A DNA stretch of 64,000 bases from the human T2T-CHM13v2.0 reference genome, Homo sapiens. Location of the stretch: NCBI RefSeq assembly GCF_009914755.1, contig NC_060936.1, one strand, 5' to 3'. The translations under genes and the position numbers were made by a program. The notes below the pieces were generated by a model. The model saw nothing but the letters and a program-made list of their open reading frames with translations. It was not told the DNA's origin and searched no databases. Positions 29,796 through 44,132 of this stretch are shown one piece after another; the first letter of the stretch is position 1, and every line of letters starts with the position of its first letter.

Positions 29796-30609
29796 TCAAA
29801 CATAAGAATTATTAGTATTCAAGGGGGAGCTGAATAAGGAAGTTTACTGAAAGAAATAATAATAGAAAACATTCCAAAACTTGAGACAGGTACAAATAGC
29901 CAGGTTCATGAGGGTCTGAGAATACCAAACAGATACCACTCAAATAAAATCACCCCAAAGCGTATAATACTCAGACTCTCAAAGGTCAAGGACAAAGAGA
30001 AGATCCTGAAAGCATCAAGAGAAAAGGAGCAAATAACAGGTAAACAAGCTGCAATTCACCTGGCAACAAACTGTACAGGCCATGAGGAAGAACATTTTTA
30101 CAGTGCTCAAAGAAAAAAAACTGCCATCCAAGAATAATGTATCCAGCAAAATTGTCCTTCAAATATGAAGGAAAGATAAAGTATTTCTCAGAAAAACAAA
30201 AGATGAAAGAATTCACCACTACCAGACCTGTCATACAAGAAATGCAAGAGAGTTCTTCAATCTGAGAGAAAAAGACACATGCGAAAAGAAAACTTTTCAA
30301 GGTATTAGACCTTTGGGAAAATTAAATGCATGGACCAACCCAGGATATTCTGTTACTGTGATTGTGGTGTACAATCCATCCATAACTCTGGTATAAAGCC
30401 CAAAAGACAAATCTTTTAAAAATAATAATAGCTACAGCAACCTGTTAAGAGATAGGTAATGTAAAGCATGTAAATTGAGGCAACAAAGTCAAAATTGGGT
30501 GGTGGAGAGAGATGAAGTTAAATTTTTAGGTGTGGTAGTTTTGCTTTTGTTTCTATTCTTTTGCTCATGATCTAAGATAAGTTGTCATCTCTCTAAAGTA
30601 ACTTGTTAT

Positions 30610-30912
30610 GGCCAGGCATGGTGGCTCATGCCTGTAATCCAGCACTTTGGGAGGTCAAGGTTGGTGAATCGCTTGAGCCCAGGAATTCAAGACCTCATCT
30701 CTACTAAAAAAAAAAAAAAAAGGAAAAAAAGAAAAGCTGGGTATGGTGACACATGCCTGTGGTCCCAGCTACTTGGGAGGCTGAGGCAGGAGGATCACTT
30801 TAGCCCAGGAGATTGAGGCTGCAGTGAGCTGTGAGCTGTGATTGTAACACTGCACTCCAGCCTGCATGACAGAGCAAGACCCCCATCTTAAAAATAAGCA
30901 AATAAATAAATA
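30610..30912 (+). mobile_element. AluJ inside the L1, with a left-arm internal deletion
   Basis: J-type right arm; TSD aacttgtta. Confidence 0.9.
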
Positions 30913-33649
30913 AACTTGTTAAATCTATAAGATTTTTTATAAGCCTTGTGGTAACCACAGCACAAAATCATATAATCAGTTCATTAAAAATAAAAAGCAA
31001 CAAATTAATACGTAACACTTAATAATCACTTAACCACAAAATATGAAGAGAGGATTCTCAAAACAATCTGAAAACAGGCAACAAAACGGCAGTAGTAAAT
31101 CCGTACTTAGCAATAATAACACTGGATGTATATGGTCTCAATTCTCAATTAAAAGTCACAGTGTGGCTGAATGGATAAAGAAATAAGACCCAACTATATG
31201 CTGCCTTTAAGAAACCCACTTCACCTGTAAAGACACACAGGGACTGAAAGTGAAGGGGTGGAAAAAGATATTCCATGCAACTGGAAAACAAACAAGCAAA
31301 AAAGCAGATGTAGCTATGCTTATATTAGATAAAATGGACCACAAATCTAGAATTGTAAAAACAGACAAAGAGGGTTACTATATAATGATAAAGGGATCAG
31401 TTTAGCAAGAGGATATAACAATTATAAATATCTATGCACCCAACACTGGAGCTCCTAAGTAAATAAAGTAAACATTAATAGATCTAAAGGAACAGATAGA
31501 CTTAATTACAGTGATAGGAGGGGACTTCAACACCCCACTCTCAGTAACGTATAGATCTTCCAACAGAATAACAACAAAGAAACAACAGAGTTAAACTACA
31601 CATGAGACCCGATAGGCCTAATAGACATTTAAAGAACATTTCACCCAACTGCTATGGAATACACATTGTTTTCACTGCACATGGAACATTCTCCAGAATA
31701 TATCATATCTTAGGACACAAAACAGGTCTCAACAAATTCAAAAAGTACATATCATATCAAGTATCTTTTCTGACCACAATGGAATAAGACTAGAAAGTGG
31801 TAACAAGAGAAATCTCAAAAAATAAACAAACACATGGAAATTGAACAACATGTTCCTGAACAACCAATGAGTCAATGAAGAAATTAAGAAAGGAATTTTA
31901 AAAATTCTTGAGACAAATGAAAATGAAAATACAACATACCAAAATCTGTGGGATATAGCAAAAGCCATAGTATGAGGGAATTTTATAGCAATAAATGCCC
32001 TTAATATAAAAAAGTAGAAAGTTCAAATACACAACCTAATGATGTACCTCAAGGAACTAGAAAAGCAAAAGCAAACCAAACACTAAATTAGTAGAAGGAA
32101 AGAAATGTAAAGGTCAGAGCAGAAATAAATGAAATTGAGACTAAAAATAAATACAGAAGATCAACACAACAAAAAGTTGGTTATTTAAAAAGATAAAATC
32201 AACAAACCTTTAACTAGACTGAGAAAAAAAGAGAGAAGACCCAAAGAAATAAAATCAGAAACAATAAAGTAGGCATAATAAGAGACCTCATAAATACAAA
32301 GAATCATGAGAGACTACTATGAACAGCTATAAACCAACAAATTGGAAAACTAGAAGAAATGGATAGATTCCTGAACACACCTAATGAGACTGAACAATTA
32401 AGAACAAGAAAACCTTAATGAACCAATAATGAGCAGTGAGATGAAAGTCATAATAAAGTCTCCTACCAAAGAAAGCCCAGGTCCTGATGGCTTGACCCCT
32501 GAATTTCACCAGACATTTAAAGAAGGACTAATGCCAATCCTGCTCAAACTTTTCAAAAAAGCTGAATAGGAAGGAATACTTCCAAATTCATTCTGTAAGA
32601 TAATATGCCAAGAAAAATAATAGGCTGTGGATAAGGAAAAACAGATACTTTAACATTCTTGCAAATGAACTGGATCTTTTTGTGTAGTGTAATGTCAAAA
32701 TAATTCTTTATATTATGACATACAGCTGGAAAGTGACTGTGTAGCATACAACTGGAAAGTGACTGTGTAACACAAAACACATCTTCTACATTCAAAAATT
32801 GACCATTTATTGCGGTATACATTTAGTTTCTGATACTTATAGGGAAACTCGAAGACAGTATCCTAAAATCTGCCACAGACAATGGAGGATGGATTGACAC
32901 AAAGTTGTGTGATAGACCTTTAGAGACAGTATGACCGAAAGAGTGGCAACCCAAAACTAAATGCATAATTTCAATATGTAATTTTCACAGCAGAGATTTT
33001 ATAATTTTCATATTTCAAAAATTAAGTTTATCTAATGGCAATAAAAGTGTTTTCCACATAGTTAATGCAATTTAGTGACATCATTTTTTAAGATGTCTGC
33101 TAATTTTTGTGTCTGAATTTGTTCATAACAGTCTCAAGCCATCTCTGTTATTACATGTGTTCATATTAGCAGCTGTAAGTAAAGACTAATTCGTGGTTGT
33201 TTTATTAGTAGCTTAAATACCATGGGTAGTATCGTTGACAGTGATGTACTTTTAGAAAAATTTTAGAAAATCTAAAAAACAAAAAATACGATCTTTCCTC
33301 AATTTACCCAGTAATTGCATTTCTCCAGAACTCAATGCATAGGTCACTGAGTCTTAAATTTCTTTGTCTCCTATTTGCCATGACAAAAGCTAAGTTTTTG
33401 TGCTGAAATACTTTAAAATTGTATAGGTAATTTGGAAATATGTGATGTGTTGATTAGACACTATGGAAGTAAAAATTATAATATTGAATAATTTATAATT
33501 TTAAATACTATCTTAATTGGATTTAAATATGCCTTTTCGTGACAACTTTCTTCTAAATTATTTTACTTAATTTCTTTTTAAAAACTTTCAATATTATGTA
33601 GCAAAGTACTTGCAATTTACACTTATGGTGGATTTTCTCTGGTATGACA

Positions 33650-33845
33650 TTTGAAAGTCATGTGGGATGTGGGACATGGGACAATTTGTCTTTTGGTGTC
33701 CTCTTAATAATTCCAGGACGGCTAGCATTTCTAAGTCCTGACCACAAAAGAACAGCTAATTCCCTCTGCTGTGACTAATAAAAACATTCCTCCAAACTTT
33801 CAAACACCCTCAAGGGGGCACTAGTGCCCCAATTGAGGATCAAGG
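33650..33845 (-). mobile_element. MER20-like hAT DNA transposon end
   Basis: tgtgactaataaaaacattcctccaaac...aagggggcac...ccccaattgaggatca resembles the MER20 terminus. Confidence 0.5.
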
Positions 33846-35604
33846 GTTGTCTCTTACCTTTCCTGCACTGAAGGCAATCTGCTCTTCCTCCCTTGTGGTC
33901 TATACTTAAATTCTACGAATGTGGAGAGCACCAACTTCCAACTTTGCATAATCTTTCTATTAAGAAAAAAGTTGCCTGTCTACCAATTCCAGCCATTATC
34001 TCTGACTCTGACCTCTGTGGGTGTAAAGGGCCGTTCAAAAACTCATTTCCAGGTAACTGTAATTACTTGAAGATTGAGCTCATATTCCCAATGTCTTCCT
34101 TTTTCCAAGCTTTACTAATACAGGAAGCTATTAAGTGTTTCTCAGGTCCTAGCAGCTTTCTCCAACTCATTTGGTTTTTCAGTCTCCCTTAAAATTTAAG
34201 TTCAGAGGTGGTCTTATCAAAGTAGCATTTAGTGGGCCTATTGGATACTTCACTGAAATTTCTATGTGACATCATGGTCGAAGGTGCCTCAGGAGTATGA
34301 GTCAAAGTCATGAACTAGTACAACTGTATCTACATAGGACTGTGAGTTAAAACCATGATAGTTTCCCAAACTTATCAAAATGTTTGGAGTCTCCATGTCT
34401 CCCTGATAATAGAATGGACTATGTAAACCAGCTTGGAAAATTTATTTAAACTTTACAAGAAGGAAAGTTGAGTTTTCATGGAAATTATTTCTAGTTAATG
34501 TAACCCTTAGGATCAATAACCTTTTTCTTATTGGTATCTTAAATATCAAATGGAATATTGTTTCTATCTTATTCCTCTCTGTAGACAAGACAATCTTTTT
34601 ATGATGTGCCTTTCTTATTTTCTTGAAAACATATAATGTTGGTTTTTATCCTTTAGTCAAAAGATCTGTTCTACTAATCATGTTATTGTGTATATAAGCC
34701 CTTTCCATTTTATATAACACAATGCCTGAACACCTATAACTGCTTAACAGATACTGTTGAATGAATTGAAATTGCGGACCTCAAAGTTGAACATAGTATT
34801 GCAGTTAATATTTAATCGGAACAAGTTTAACCTTTCAGAGAAGTGAAATAATATCTTGCTTTAGTAGTACCTGAATTGCAGGTTTTGTGTGTGTTTGTGT
34901 GTGTTTTTTACAGAACTTTCATTCTAGTTGTTTTATGTTTCTTCCCAGCATTCATTTTGATATATATAGAAGTCATAGTCATTCTCCTTTAAAGAAAAAT
35001 ACAACTTTGGCACAGATTTTTCAGAGCATGTTTGAATCAGAATGCCATTGTTAAAGCTGGGGCCGTAACTGGTTGGGCTAACCTGCAGTCCAATTTATCT
35101 ATAATAGAGGCCTCTTTAGAATGCCTCTGAATGACTCCTGTGTCGTGGAGGGTAGGTTCTACCTCTATAGAAAGAAACCAAACTACCAATGAGTCCAGTA
35201 TCATATAAATTAATCTAATGTGTCATGTGCAAGGGTAGAGAGCCCTCAAACAGTTGCCAATAATTCTCAACATTGTATCATCAATAAACATCCATAAAAA
35301 GAAATGCACCAATAATGGTGCTTTTCCCAGGATGTTGAACCAACCATCCCATTAGGAATTTTAGGTTGCCAGCAGTTTCACGAAACTTTGGTGGTATGTG
35401 ATGACAGGTCCCTTTGACAGTCAGTCATTACTATCTTCTAGTCTTGGTGAATCAACCTGGATCCCTGGGCCAACTTTAAGAGGACATGTTAAGTCTACAT
35501 AAGATAATCAGTTTCCCAACCTTAAAAAAAAGAAAAAGAAAGGAAAGAAAAAACAGGAATGAGACGTGTTGGACACATCACAAATAGCTCTCTGGTAATA
35601 GAAT

Positions 35605-36660
35605 ATCCATTCATCAATCCATTTAACTAATATATATTAAGAACCTTCTAAGTACTACTCAGATGCCAGAGTACTTGTGGTAGTCGTGATGGTAATGAAC
35701 CCAGAGCGCTACTTTCACTTTCTGTTCACAAGGAGCTTATGATCTAGTGAAGGGGAAGATGGTAATAGTGCTGTACAGTGCTCTACAACAGGGAAATGTG
35801 GTGCAGAATGACTGTGTGGTCAAAGCTTTCTTTGAGGAAGCCATGGAGGCTATGGTCTGAATAACAAGAAGAACCAGCCACAAAAAGGCCAAGAAGGAGG
35901 ATGCCAGACAGAGGGAACAGGCAGGCCTGAGTATAGATCTTTTAAGGCATGCAGTTGGAATATTATCTTCAGAGTAATGAAGGGCCATTTAGAGAACTTA
36001 AAATAAACAGTCCGATTTACATTTAAAACAATCCCTCTGGTTGCTTAATGAGAAAGGGATTATTGTATCAACAATGAAAGTAGGGGAACTAATTAAGGGG
36101 CTATTTGTGCCAGCTTTAAAAATTATATTCTAATTCAAAGAAGTTGCAAGAGAGTGATGGTAACTTTGACTACGGTGGTTGTAATGGAGATGAAGAGAAG
36201 TGGACAGAATTCAGGAGCTCTTTTGGAGGTTGTGTCCACAGAACTTTCTGATACGGCAGAAACACGAAGTGAGGGAAAGGGAAATTAATGACTCCCAGGC
36301 TTCACCCTTGAGCAACTAGGACAAATGGTGGCGCAATTCACTGAGATTGAGATGACTAGTAAAACTACAGGAGGAGGACATTTAGGGTGAAGTAAGAATC
36401 AAGGATTCTTCTTTGGATGTAAACAAATTTAAAATGATTATTGGATATCCCGGTGCAGATGTGAAGGCCAGGGGAGAATTCTGGGCTGGAAATATAAATT
36501 TGGAAGTGTCTGGATGAAATCACCAAGTAGTAAGTAAAGACAGGGAAGAAAAGAGAAGCCCTGGATCAACTCTAGAGGAGCCACCCCAGCAGTTAGAAAT
36601 TCAGCTTAGCAGGAAGCATCAGAAAGAGAGAGTGGAAAGGAACAGCTAAGGAGGTCAGAG
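35605..36660 (-). mobile_element. L2 fragment
   Basis: cattcatcaatccatttaac...; gagatgaagagaagtggacagaattc; aatgactcccaggctt; ggctggaaatataaatttggaagt. Confidence 0.7.
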
Positions 36661-37294
36661 AAAACAAAACAAAACAAAACAAAAACAGAATTGCACACCA
36701 CCATCATCAAACTTATGCTTTATCCTGACCACAGACATGTTCGGGCACGTTCGAGATAAGGAATCATATAACTTTAGTGCTAGGAGAGCTTTTGGAGATA
36801 ATTCAGTGCTATGTCCTCATTTGAACAAGCTGGCGCTTAGAGAAATGTGACACGCTTTATACATTGCTAGGTCTTGGTCCAGAAACAGTCATTTCGTACT
36901 TTTTATCCATCTGCTGCTTCTATTCCTGGACTGGGGTGTGGCCTTTTTCCTTCAAACTTCATTTTTTCTATTAAAAAATTTAACAGAACAGGGAGGAGCC
37001 TCATACCCACTTTTGTGACTTTCCGTTCCTCTTTGGAATTTGGTCTTAGGGACATTGGCTTGATTTTCTTAATCTTACTCATACAAACCTTTATAGAGAT
37101 TAGAAATCTTTAAAACATAATTTGGCTATGGACAAGAAAAAAATCAAAATACTTTGAAATGTTAAGTATTTGGGGGATAGTAGGCTTTTTCTCTCTGTCT
37201 CTCTCAAATATGGTTATAGATACATAGAAATCTGTAGGCTGCCAGTCAGCTAGAAAGAAGCTAATAAAATGCTTAAGGTCTTATACTTTTTTTA

Positions 37295-38830
37295 AAAATT
37301 ATTCATCCTGTGAATCAGAGAATATTTACTTAGCATTTACTATATGCCACACACTATTCTTGGTTCTGAGCATACAGAAATGAACAAAACTGACAAAAAT
37401 GTCAACCCTCATTCTAATGGAGAAAAGGAGATGATAAACATAAATATAAGAATGTTAAATGGTGATAAGTGTCATGGAGAAAAGTGAAAGAGGAAAAGAG
37501 GATAGGAAGTGCTGTGGGGGATGGGTGCAATTTTTGTGAGGAGTAGAGTAAGTGTCACTGTGAAGGTGATGTTTGAGTCAGAGCCTAAAGGAGATGAGGG
37601 AGTAAACCAAAGAGATCACTGGGATGAGATTCTGTAGGCAGAAGGAACCACAGGTGCCCAGCTATGGAAGCATAGTGTTCCTGGCAAGTTCAAGGAAAAG
37701 TCAGGCAGGCAGTGTGGCTGCAATGGAACAAACAAGGTAGAGAGCCATAGATACAGGGCAGAGAGGTAGCAAGGGAACAGACCGTGTAGGGTCATTGAAA
37801 AGACACTTTCCTGTGAGTGAGATGATTCTCCATTGCATGCTTTAAGCAGAGGCGCATAACCTAACGGGTTTCACTGGGTCACTCTGGTGATAATAGATTG
37901 TTCAGGGCAAGGATAAGAGCAGGAAGGAGCCAATTAGGTAATATGACCATACATCCCTGTTGCCTTAGACAATACCACTTTGCAACTCTTATGGATTATT
38001 TAAAAGGCAGTAATCCTCTTTAGGATTTGGGGCAAGGCTTTTCTGCCCCAAAAGTGTTCCCGTGTGGACATTTTTGATAAATTACATGGTCACCTTAAAG
38101 TTTAGAGAACACTGAGTCTGTCCAGATAAGAGATTATACTTGTTTAGGTCAGACTGGGAGCCACAGAGGCGATGAAAAGTGGTCAGATTCAAAATTTATT
38201 TTGAAGGTGTTGCTGAGAAAATCTGCTGATGGACTTAGATGTTGTCTATGAATGAGTAAAAGCAGCCTAGAGACACAGCAAGATTTGCGGCCTGAGCAAT
38301 TGGAAAGACAGAGGTTTGATTTATTAACTTGGAAAAGATTATGGGACAGGCTGGTTTGGGGCAATGTCAGAAGTTCAGGTCTGGGTGGGTCAACATTTTG
38401 AAGGTTCCTATGAAACCATTAAATAAATACTGAGCAGGCAGTTAGATAAAGGAGCTTGGATTCAGTGAAGACTTCAGGACTAAAAATATAAATTTGAGTG
38501 TAGGCAGGCGACAGATGTGATGAGTTAACAAAGACTCAATAAAGAAAAAATAATGCTATCCAGGAACTAAGCCCTGGGCCACTCCAACTTTAAGACATGG
38601 AGATGGTGAGTAAAAACCAGCAAAAGAGACTGAGGAGCATTGGCCAGGGAAGCAAGAAAGAGCACAGAAAAGTGTCCTGTCCCAGGAGCCAAGGGAAGAG
38701 AAAGCCTCAGCGAGTGGAGATTGTCCAGGTCAAACCTGTGAACAAATCTGGTAAGATGAGGAATGAGAATTGACCACTGATCTTAGCAGCCCAGAAGTCA
38801 CTGGTGATTTTGAGAAGAGGCATTTGGGTG
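37295..38830 (-). mobile_element. L2 fragment(s)
   Basis: atatttacttagcatttactatatgccacacactattct...gaacaaaactgac; gagaattgaccactg. Confidence 0.7.
37940..38096 (-). mobile_element. MER94/MER81-like hAT (Blackjack) MITE
   Basis: inverted ends tatgaccatacatccc ... gataaattacatggtcacctta. Confidence 0.5.
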
Positions 38831-39478
38831 CCATGGTGACGGGAAAAAAAAATCTAAAATGCACAGGAGCTAAAGAATAGAAGAATCCAAGAATTTTTGG
38901 TAGTTTTTTGTTTTTATTTTGTTTTCTTTAAGTGAGTGAAAACAGCTTGTCTGTAGACTAAGCAAAATGATCCAACAAAACAGAGAAAACTGTTGATGCA
39001 GCATAGTTAGAGGTGAGACTTGGTGTGATGTCCTTGACTGGAGCAGAGGAGATGGAACCCGGGGATCCAGTGGAAGGATTGGGTCTGGATATATCTTCAG
39101 GAAGACAATGACAGACAAACAGACAGTATGGGCATTAATGGGATAGTGAGCAGAGTGAAGATCATGATAGCCGCTTGTGGATGGTTTCTTCTGATTGACT
39201 TCTTGTAAGATAAACACATGCATGTTCTTTAGGTTTGCAGGGGGCAATACCTGCCATGCTACTCTTCTGATATATACCTCCATGGCCAGCAGCCCCATGC
39301 AAGCATTGTTTTCTGATTTAGGTTCTCAGTGACAGCCATGCCACAGTCCCATGGCTCTGTACCTGGGCCTGACACTAACCAATCCCTCGCCTCAATATAC
39401 CCCTCCTCACTGCAGTCTTCTGAGTGTCACCATGGTTTGTCAACTGCCCAGAGGCATACCAAACCACTTTAGTGCTTC

Positions 39479-39762
<284 letters not shown>

Positions 39763-40393
39763 CACTTTAGCACTTCTCTAAAGGCATTTCTCCTGCCCAT
39801 CATAAGGTACTGCATATTCTGCAGGTACATGATTCTCTCCAATGTATTGGAAGAATCTGAAGGAGGGACACATAGGGCAATGACTGTGAAGTCTGGCATT
39901 GACCTAAATACACAAGCAAGTGCCCACTCTGGAAAAGTTGGTCTTCTAAGCAAAGGAATTTTTCTGGAGGCCTGGTCATCCCCACTTATATGCAACTGAC
40001 TGGGTAACTCGCTGATTGGGAGGAAAACAGGTGTAATAAGGACCCTTGATTAGGAGTCCAGAGGTGTGGATCCCAGTTCTTGCCCTCACAAACAAATTGT
40101 GTTACCATAGCAAAGTAACTCAGACCCTCTGAATTCCAGCTTCCTATCTATAAAATGAGTCTGGGCTAGATGATCTTTTATGCTCCTTCAACTTTTAGAA
40201 TTTCATTCCATACCTGAGTTCAGAATAAAAGCAGCAAGATTAATGATGCAATGAAAGTGCTGATCTTATTCTAAGAATTTTGCAATATATGACTCCTAAC
40301 AAAATAAAAATGCTAAGTAAAAGCACATGCTCCTGGAACCACTGAAAAGGAGGTATTCAGATATTTGTTTTGAAACTAAGTGAAGAGAATCAG

Positions 40394-40575
40394 AAGGGTG
40401 AGGGGGTGGGAAGTGGGTGGATGATGAGAAATTATTTAGTAGGTACAATGTATGTTATGTGGGTAATGAATACCCTGAAAGACCTGATTTCACCACTATG
40501 CAATCTATGCATGTAACGAAATTACACTAGTATCCCATAAACATATGCAAATTTTTAAAAATTTAAAAAAAAGAA
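40394..40575 (+). mobile_element. L1MB-type 3' end
   Basis: gatgagaaattatttagtaggtacaatg...caccactatgcaatctatgcatgtaac, then an A-rich tail. Confidence 0.75.
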
Positions 40576-40718
40576 AGTAATGTTAAATGGGAGCTTTCTC
40601 TGAAAAACTCTATTGATCTTTAGAAGTTACTTAAGGTACTAAAACTATCAACCCATCTAGTGATTCACAGAAGAAGATATTATACTTGCTATCTCTAAGC
40701 CTTAAAGAATATAGGTAA

Positions 40719-41034
<316 letters not shown>

Positions 41035-42662
41035 ATATAGTTAAAAAGTAATGCAAATGACAGACATTTCTAACTCCTGAGAAAATTTTATTTTTATATA
41101 TAGGAAAAAGGCCTCATAATTTAATGTGTTTTCAGGTGCTAAATATTTGCCTGAATTTTTTTTTTTATTTCCTGGTTTTTTTTTTAAATGTTCAAATTAC
41201 TTGTTAAATGTATCTAGGAAAAGAATTTCCCTAAGTCAACAAGACAAGGTCTAATAAACTTCAGGTCTAACAAAGACTTCTGCTGTTTAATGTAAATATT
41301 TCTCTCCTTAATTTCATTGCATATCAATCTTAACTCACCCTGAATAATTTCTATACCTCTTGTTTATTTTCCTTTCAGACAGTGCTTTCTTTTGCAGATG
41401 TTATTTCACCAACTTGAGCATAGTTTCTGCAGTCCACACTGCTTACATTGCAGATGCTTCCTTTGGCCAAGTCGAATATACTATATGACTTACGCTGCTT
41501 AACATAGAGTTGCTTGAGTTGAGGAAAATAAAAATAAATTTAAAAGACTTATGACAATATAGATGTTAACATTTATGCTTTGCATATGAAGAGCATTCTA
41601 AAAAACTGTTATCAGTGAGGCTAAAGATTGAAAATAAATGTTGTTATGTGGATCATGGATTAAGATAATTTTAACAATACTTTTCTACTTAATTTTCCTT
41701 ATTACCAATGTTGCACATTTGTAAAATGACTCACCACGCTGGTCCTTATGGATATAATCTTGGCCTCATAAACATCATTCTCTAGGCAGCTAAATTAATG
41801 AGTCACATTAAAAGAAGAAACAATGTAATAGCTATCAGAGAAAGATGGGTTTTAGACAATAAACACATTACATTCTGCTCCTAGGCTAAATATTACATCT
41901 GACTATTCCCTTTGGAATTCCTGAGAAAAGGAAGAGATTTGCTGCCAGAGCACAGAATAAGAATCAGACACTAGCTCACACTTCAGGAAGGTCACTTTCA
42001 CTCCCCAGAGATCCTAGGCAACAGCTTGAGCCTCTCATAATCCAATCTAAATTAAATGGTAGAGATGGCCTTGCAGCCTTCCAGTCTGCCCATATTCTAT
42101 GCATTGTACTTGATTTTCTTATAAAATTAGATTGGATTCTCAGTCCAAACCCGGAGAGGCATGGAATGAGAGAGAAGAAAAGAAAATAGGGAAGGCCAGC
42201 TAGTTGAGTGGAACGCCAGCAATATTAGAAAGCTTTTAGAGGGTATTTAAAAGCAAACAACCCTATATCTATACCTCATTTTATGAAAATGGTATGTCTA
42301 TCCCCCTTACCCATATACATAGGTACTCACACCAAATATCATGGACTGTGAAGTTATTTTAAACAAAAGGAAATTTGACCTTTTGGAGCATGAGAATATG
42401 GAAAATGTTATGATTGAAAATGTCATTTAGAGAGATAAAAAGCAATAGCCAGGAGATGTTCCATAACTAATATCTACATGACTTTACATTATATAAAGTG
42501 TTTGTGTATGCATTGTCTTAAATTTCATTTACTCTTCTCAACATTATTGGTTTTTTCCTATCCTTCTGCTTTAGAAGACTGACTGTATTTGATATTTTAT
42601 AGGGTTTTTTCATCCCTCATGTGCAGAAAGGGACATATTTGGTATTTTGAATAGTAAGAGAC

Positions 42663-43337
42663 TGTATTAGTTTGCTAGGGCTGTCATAGCAAAATACCAC
42701 AGACTGGGTGGCTTAAACAACAGAAATTTGTTTTCTCACAGATCTGGAGTCTGGAAGTTCAAGGTCCAAGTGTGAGCAGAGTAGGCTTCTCCTGAGGCTT
42801 GCAGATGATCACTTTGTAACTGTGTCCTCACACGGTCTTTTCTTTGTGCTTGTACATCTCTTTACTGTTTATATTTCCTCTTCCTATAAGGACACCAGTC
42901 TGATTAGATTAGAGCACGTGCTAACAGCTTCATTTAATTTAATCACCTCTTTAAAGGCCCTATTCATCCTGGGTGTGGTGGCTTACGCCTGTAATCCCAA
43001 AACTTTGGGTGGCTGAGGTGGGTGGATCACTTGAGGTGAGGAGTTCGATACCAGCCTGGCCAACATGGTGAAACCCCGTCTCTACTAAAAATACAAAAAT
43101 TAGCCGGGTGTGGTGGCAGGCACCTGTAGTCCCAGATACTCAGGAGGCTGAGTGGGAGGATCGCTTGAATCTGGGAGGTGGAGTTTGCAGTGAGCCAAGA
43201 TCATGCCACTGCACTCCAGCCTGGGTGACAGAGCAAGACTCCACCTCAAAAAAAAAAATAGTCACATTCTGAGGTACTAAGGGTTAGGGTTTCAGCATAT
43301 GAATTTAGGCGGAGGGGATATAATTCATCCCATAACA
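42663..43337 (-). mobile_element. MLT1A/B-type LTR interrupted by an Alu
   Basis: tgtattagtttgctagggctg...accacagactgggtggcttaaacaac ... cacattctgaggtact...cccataaca. Confidence 0.85.
42968..43259 (+). mobile_element. AluS inside the MLT1 LTR
   Basis: two-arm Alu. Confidence 0.93.
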
Positions 43338-43468
43338 AAGATAGAAAGCAATCAAAATGCCTTTGATGTCATTGTATTCCCTATCATATGCAATTGCCTA
43401 ATTAATATTTAGCCACTATCTACTTTAATCTTGTGCTTGTGAGAATGGAAAACATGAGTCATGTAAAC

Positions 43469-43686
43469 CAGGGGTGTCCAGTCTTTTGGCTTTTGGCTTC
43501 CATGTGCCACACTGGAAGAAGAATTATCTTGGGCCACACATAAAATATGCTAACACTGATGAATCAAAAAAATTTCACTAAAAATATCTCACAATGTTTT
43601 AAGAAAGTTTATGAATTTGTGTTGGGCTGCATTCAAAGCCATTCTGGGCAGCATGCGGCCTACGGGCCATGGGTTGGACAAGTTTG
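43469..43686 (+). mobile_element. MER30 (hAT-Charlie MITE)
   Basis: caggggtgtcca...ttggacaagtttg TIRs; 8-bp TSD at(g/c)taaac. Confidence 0.9.
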
Positions 43687-43815
43687 ATCTAAACCATCTT
43701 AGGCTGTGGCACTGAGCTGGCCTTGACTTCTCATGAGAAGTGGGAACCCCCTAGCCAGTTTTTGCCAGAAATTTCCAGACTTCTACTCTAGGCAATAAGA
43801 AGAAATGCTCTAACT

Positions 43816-44132
43816 CAGTACTATTCATTTGAAACATAATAAGGGCCACATGTATAACTTTCAATTTTCTAGTAGCCACATTAAAAATTAGTAAAAAGAA
43901 ACAGGTAAAATTGAATTCGATATACTTTATATAACCAAATATATCCAAGGTCATATTGTTCCAACATATAATCAATATAAATAATTATTAATAAGATATT
44001 TTATTCTTTTCTCACACTAGGTCTTTGACATTCTGTCTGTATTTTACATTTGCAACACCTCTCAATTTGGACTAGCCACATTTCAAGTACGCAACAGCTA
44101 CATGTGGCTAGTGGCTGTGTTGGACAATTCAC
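43816..44132. mobile_element. MER33/MER3-type hAT MITE
   Basis: ttttctagtagccacattaaaaa...aaacaggtaaaatt; ggactagccacatttcaagt...catgtggctagtggct. Confidence 0.8.
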
